This document shows positions 60,273-64,000 of a stretch of 64,000 nucleotides of DNA, in pieces; position 1 is the first letter of the stretch; each line of letters begins with the position of its first letter. The notes beneath the pieces are model-generated. The model was given only the letters and a program-made list of their open reading frames with translations, was not told where the DNA came from and did no database searches. The position numbers and the translations under genes were made by a program. The DNA is from Spirochaetota bacterium. Its GTDB lineage: Bacteria > Spirochaetota > UBA4802 > UBA5550. The stretch spans positions 476,408 through 540,407 of the forward strand of contig JAXGNG010000003.1 in assembly GCA_040768125.1 (NCBI GenBank). Reading direction: 5' to 3'.

Positions 60273-61823
60273 ATGGGACTCAAGGTAAAAACCGCGATTT
60301 TCGGCGCCGCATTCCTGGCACTATGTCTGTTCGCGTATTTCTCCATTCGGTTTACCTACACCGAAAGAGACATCATCGCGTCCTATCGCACGACGACGGA
60401 CCGTGTGGTCGCGGAGTATAAGGCGTATGAAAAAAAAGTAAAGGGCGGCGACGCCGGCCTCTCCCCCCGTGATCTATCCGGATATCTGAAGCTGATGCAT
60501 GCCGCGCACAGGGATATCGCCCTCCTGGCGATAACCGATGATAACCTCTCGGTGCGCGTATCAAGCAAGAATTCCCGCTTCATCCGGTCATCCTATCTCT
60601 TCGAGGCGCTATTGCGGGACTTCACGCGTGAAAGTCTGAACATCACCCGGGAACGGCCCTACTCCGTAAGGTATTATCCGGATGACGGCGGCGAAAACGC
60701 GGCGCAGCGGAAGTACTACCTATTTCTCGTTCAACTCGGGAACTACAACCTCCTCGCGGTGTATCCCTATAGAATGAGCGATACGATACTCATCCGCACG
60801 GTCCTCGAGCTGTCGCTTCTTGTCGTGGTGGCGGTCATGCTTTCCCTCGTCCTGTATATATCCTTAAACAGCGGAAGGCTCCGAAGCGCGCCGGCGCCCG
60901 GTCCCATCACCATTGACCTCGGGGCGTCTCCCGGCTCGATCGCCGACGCGGAGGGAAGCGCCGCGCGGCATACCTCCCGGGTCGCCTCTGAATCCCTCGT
61001 GGAGTTTGTCCACGGGCAATTTAAAAAGATCCATGACCTGTGCGATGCCCGGAGCATCTCGCTGTACATATCTCACGCATCGGGGAAGCTCATCAAGACA
61101 ATGGAGCTGACGGGGGCAGTCTTCATGAGGATCGATTCGCTGAGCTTCGATACCATTGACCCGGATAACGACGTGGGCGGGGCCCTCAGGGAGGGGTCCA
61201 CCATGCTCCTGGAGGATGGAAGCAGGCTCCTCCTGCCGTTGATTTATAACGGATCATTTCTCGGGGTGGTAATGATAACCGGCAGAGAACCGTTCCAGGG
61301 ACCCGTTATCCAGATGATAAAAGAAGAAACCGCGGGAATTGTAAAGAACCTGAATGATTTCCTCGCCCTGAATGATGTCATGATCGATTCATCATCGGGG
61401 CTTCACAGCAAAACCTATTTTCATTTTAAGTATGACGAATGCCTTAAGTCCTGGAAAAGCCATGGCGCGCATTTCTCAATAATGTTTGTTGAACTTTTTG
61501 ATAAAAATGTCCAGATTGATGAGGGTGATAAAAATCGAGTCATCAAGCTCATCGCCCCGGCAATACTGGACTCCGTTAAGAATAAAGGCCCCCTCTGCAG
61601 ATATGATGATTATATCGCCCTGATCCTTTCGGACGTGAACATGAAGATGGCAAAGGGCCTGGGGCACGCCATCACCGCGAAGCTGGCCAGGTACCGCATC
61701 AGGGACAGGCACGATTCCATCATAACCCTGCATCCTTCCGTCGATATCGCTTCAACCGAATCAACCGCCGCGGAGATGGATCCCCTGGGGCACGTCAGGG
61801 AGAGACTGGCCCGGTCATCCTGA
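60273..61823 (+). CDS. Membrane sensor protein with GAF-like and degenerate GGDEF-like domain
   Basis: Two TM segments; C-terminal DSSSGLHSK...FSIMFVE...CRYDDYI is a GGDEF fold without the GGDEF motif. Confidence 0.6.
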   Translation: MGLKVKTAIFGAAFLALCLFAYFSIRFTYTERDIIASYRTTTDRVVAEYKAYEKKVKGGDAGLSPRDLSGYLKLMHAAHRDIALLAITDDNLSVRVSSKNSRFIRSSYLFEALLRDFTRESLNITRERPYSVRYYPDDGGENAAQRKYYLFLVQLGNYNLLAVYPYRMSDTILIRTVLELSLLVVVAVMLSLVLYISLNSGRLRSAPAPGPITIDLGASPGSIADAEGSAARHTSRVASESLVEFVHGQFKKIHDLCDARSISLYISHASGKLIKTMELTGAVFMRIDSLSFDTIDPDNDVGGALREGSTMLLEDGSRLLLPLIYNGSFLGVVMITGREPFQGPVIQMIKEETAGIVKNLNDFLALNDVMIDSSSGLHSKTYFHFKYDECLKSWKSHGAHFSIMFVELFDKNVQIDEGDKNRVIKLIAPAILDSVKNKGPLCRYDDYIALILSDVNMKMAKGLGHAITAKLARYRIRDRHDSIITLHPSVDIASTESTAAEMDPLGHVRERLARSS

Positions 61824-61871
61824 GCGCACCCGCCGGAAATTTTTATGGTGAACCATGACGCGATGAAGCAT

Positions 61872-61890
61872 GCGCCCGGATGCCGGGCGC
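61872..61890. terminator. GC-rich hairpin, possible terminator
   Basis: GCGCCCGG-ATG-CCGGGCGC just after the 61823 stop; U-tract weak. Confidence 0.4.
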
Positions 61891-62058
61891 GTATTTCGTG
61901 CTGTTCAGGCCAATTATTGAGGAAAAACCATAATTTTGTTGACATATATAGTGAGGCCAAAATTATATAAAAGAATTAAATATGAGCATTTCAAGGATCG
62001 CTTACTATTTAATGCGCTCGATTAACAGTTATTCACTTTTTTATGAAAAAGGAGAAGC

Positions 62059-62634
62059 TTGGTGAAACGGACAGCGCTGTTTATCGGAATTCCCTTCGTA
62101 GTAGCTCTCTATTTTACTTTCATCATTTCTCAGAACGCCTGTGACTACGTCATGGCGAATCACCCTGAGAAGCAGGTGGCCTTCAACCACAAGTCGCACC
62201 TCGAAAAGTATTTTCCCGCCAACGGGCTCGGCAAGGACGACTGCACCGTCTGTCACGGCTATTACGACAACGGGCGCTTCAAGGGGCTTCCCACCATGGG
62301 GGACTGCACCTCCTGCCATGACCCCAATGGAACAATGGATGATCTTGAACCCATGTCGCCCCGGCCCAAGCGATTTCTCTCCAAGTACAAGGATACCGAC
62401 AAGCCCTGGGGATCCAACGCGGAGCAGCCCGACCTCGTCTATTTCAGCCACAAGGTCGTCATGACCGCGCAATACGAGGACGGCAGGCTGAAGGCGCGGT
62501 GCGGATCGTGCCACGGCGACAAGGCGGGATCCACCACCACCGCGAAAATCAAGGGCAAGATGCTGATGGGCCAGTGCGAGGATTGCCACACGGCGTTGCA
62601 TCTCAGCAATAAATGCGCGGTGTGCCACGATTGA
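62059..62634 (+). CDS. Membrane-anchored pentaheme cytochrome c (QrcA/ActA-like)
   Basis: N-terminal TM helix; five CxxCH motifs (CTVCH, CTSCH, CGSCH, CEDCH, CAVCH); FNHKSH and YFSH. Confidence 0.85.
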   Translation: MVKRTALFIGIPFVVALYFTFIISQNACDYVMANHPEKQVAFNHKSHLEKYFPANGLGKDDCTVCHGYYDNGRFKGLPTMGDCTSCHDPNGTMDDLEPMSPRPKRFLSKYKDTDKPWGSNAEQPDLVYFSHKVVMTAQYEDGRLKARCGSCHGDKAGSTTTAKIKGKMLMGQCEDCHTALHLSNKCAVCHD

Positions 62635-62676
62635 TCTCTTGATCTGAAGAAACTTGCGAGAGGAGAGAACTGATCC

Positions 62677-64000
62677 ATGAAAAAAATCGAACGTAAGGAT
62701 TTCCTGAAAATAGGCGGTGGCGTCATCGCCGGCGGCCTCACCGGGTACGTGTTTTCCGGGGCCCCCTTCCTCGGACTCCAGTGGCTCGTTGAATGGACCC
62801 AGGACCAGCATCGTCCCGCCGGGGGTCCCGAGGCATATCTCAAGGCCGTGTGCGAGGCATGCAGGCAGAAATGCGAGATGTCGATACGCATGATCGGCGA
62901 CCGCGCCGTCAAGATAGAGACCTCGAACAGCGGCTGTCCCTTCAGCCAGAACGCCCTGCAATTGCTGTATCATCCCGAGAGAATAGACGCGCCCCTGAAG
63001 CGGACGGGCAAGAAGGGTACGGTGAAGGCCTCGGCCTTCGAGAAGGTGACCTGGGAGGAGGCCCTGGGAGACATCGCGGGCCGCATGCAGAAGATGATCA
63101 CCGATAAAAAGGGCTCCCGCATCGCCGCCGTGAGCAAGCAGGACAACCTGGCCGCGGCCCTTCTCGATAGGATGGTCCGCGCGGCGGGAAGCGCGAACGC
63201 CTTCTACGATCCCTCCCTTGATGCCGTGACCCGCGGCGCCCTGGGGGGGTACCTCGAGTATGATTTCAATAACTGCGATTATATACTCAGCTTCGGGGCC
63301 AGGATCCTTGAAGGATGGGGGTCCCCCTGTTCCATCAACAAATCCTTCGTCGAATGGAAAAAGAAGGGGGTCACCCTGGTCCAGGCCGACGCGATCTGCA
63401 CCAGGACCGCCTCCCTGGCGGACCGGTGGCTTCCGATAAAACCGGGCACGGAGCTTCATCTCGCCCTCGGTATCGCCAACTATCTCAAGCGGCGGGGACG
63501 GGCCGCCGGTGGAGCCGACTGGGCCGCCGTGGTGAACGAGTACACCCTTGAGAAGACCGCGTCCCTCACGGGCCTTCCGGCAAAGACCATAGAAGAGGTG
63601 GCCGGGGCCTTCGCGAAGGCCAGGAACCCCGTGGCGGTGGCGGGGCGCGGCGGCAGGGGCGTTTCCTCAACGGCCGCGGAGATCATGGCGGTCTACGCAC
63701 TCAACGCCATGGCGGGCTCCAGGGCCGTGACCCTGAAGAAGAGCCAGGGGCTCGGCGCGCCGGCCATGTCGGCCGAGGCCGCTGAGTCGATGAGAAACGG
63801 GAAAACCTTCGCCGGCCTTGACGATTTCATCAAGAACGGCGAGTTCGACATGCTCTTCGTGAACGAGGCCGACCCGGTCTACAAGAGCGTGTACGGCGCC
63901 CTGCTGGAAGAAAAGATGCAAAAGGCATTCGTGGTTTCAGTGGCGCCCCTCCTGAACGAAACGGCGATGTACGCGGACTACGTCCTGCCCTCCCTGAGTT
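62677..64000 (+). CDS. Molybdopterin-oxidoreductase-like subunit (QrcB/ActB-like), truncated by the window end; absent from the ORF track
   Basis: Own translation gives MKKIERKDFLKIGGG (Tat-like), CEACRQKC...C, LLYHPERIDAPLKR and VTWEEAL; no stop noticed before the edge. Confidence 0.85.
   Translation, partial: MKKIERKDFLKIGGGVIAGGLTGYVFSGAPFLGLQWLVEWTQDQHRPAGGPEAYLKAVCEACRQKCEMSIRMIGDRAVKIETSNSGCPFSQNALQLLYHPERIDAPLKRTGKKGTVKASAFEKVTWEEALGDIAGRMQKMITDKKGSRIAAVSKQDNLAAALLDRMVRAAGSANAFYDPSLDAVTRGALGGYLEYDFNNCDYILSFGARILEGWGSPCSINKSFVEWKKKGVTLVQADAICTRTASLADRWLPIKPGTELHLALGIANYLKRRGRAAGGADWAAVVNEYTLEKTASLTGLPAKTIEEVAGAFAKARNPVAVAGRGGRGVSSTAAEIMAVYALNAMAGSRAVTLKKSQGLGAPAMSAEAAESMRNGKTFAGLDDFIKNGEFDMLFVNEADPVYKSVYGALLEEKMQKAFVVSVAPLLNETAMYADYVLPSLS

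Overview
The window has two parts. Bases 1-~41,900 are the right-hand portion of a mosaic, visibly lower-GC defence island. It ends in two tandem large serine recombinases whose last stop codon lies inside the 3' end of a tRNA-Asp(GTC) gene (41897-41971, minus strand). The left junction is not in the window. Island cargo, left to right: a GmrSD-like DUF262/HNH nuclease, a DUF2779 protein, and an SRA + PD-(D/E)XK nuclease; a ~22.7 kb expanded class 1 DISARM locus (HTH - C5 MTase - drmD - Mrr/Zn nuclease - drmMI-1 - [GHKL ATPase + Rossmann MTase] - drmMI-2 - drmA - drmB - drmC - vsr); a three-gene unknown/PLD/SF2-helicase module (Azaca-like); a NERD-UvrD-like helicase; a NucS-like nuclease; and a divergent promoter switch ahead of the recombinases. 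The most unusual element is the pair of drmMI paralogues. They are near-identical over the N-terminal ~2.1 kb, carry unrelated target-recognition domains, and flank an uncharacterised GHKL/methyltransferase cassette. Bases ~42,000-64,000 are GC-rich host chromosome, probably an anaerobic Spirochaetota bacterium (inference): def, fmt, DEAD-box helicase, HNH, cNMP-binding protein, DHH phosphoesterase, glyQ, bacterioferritin, HDOD protein, pseudo-receiver, hisF, ceramidase, polyprenyl synthase, and the start of a Qrc/Act-type respiratory complex. All family assignments come from motif recognition by eye; no searches were run.
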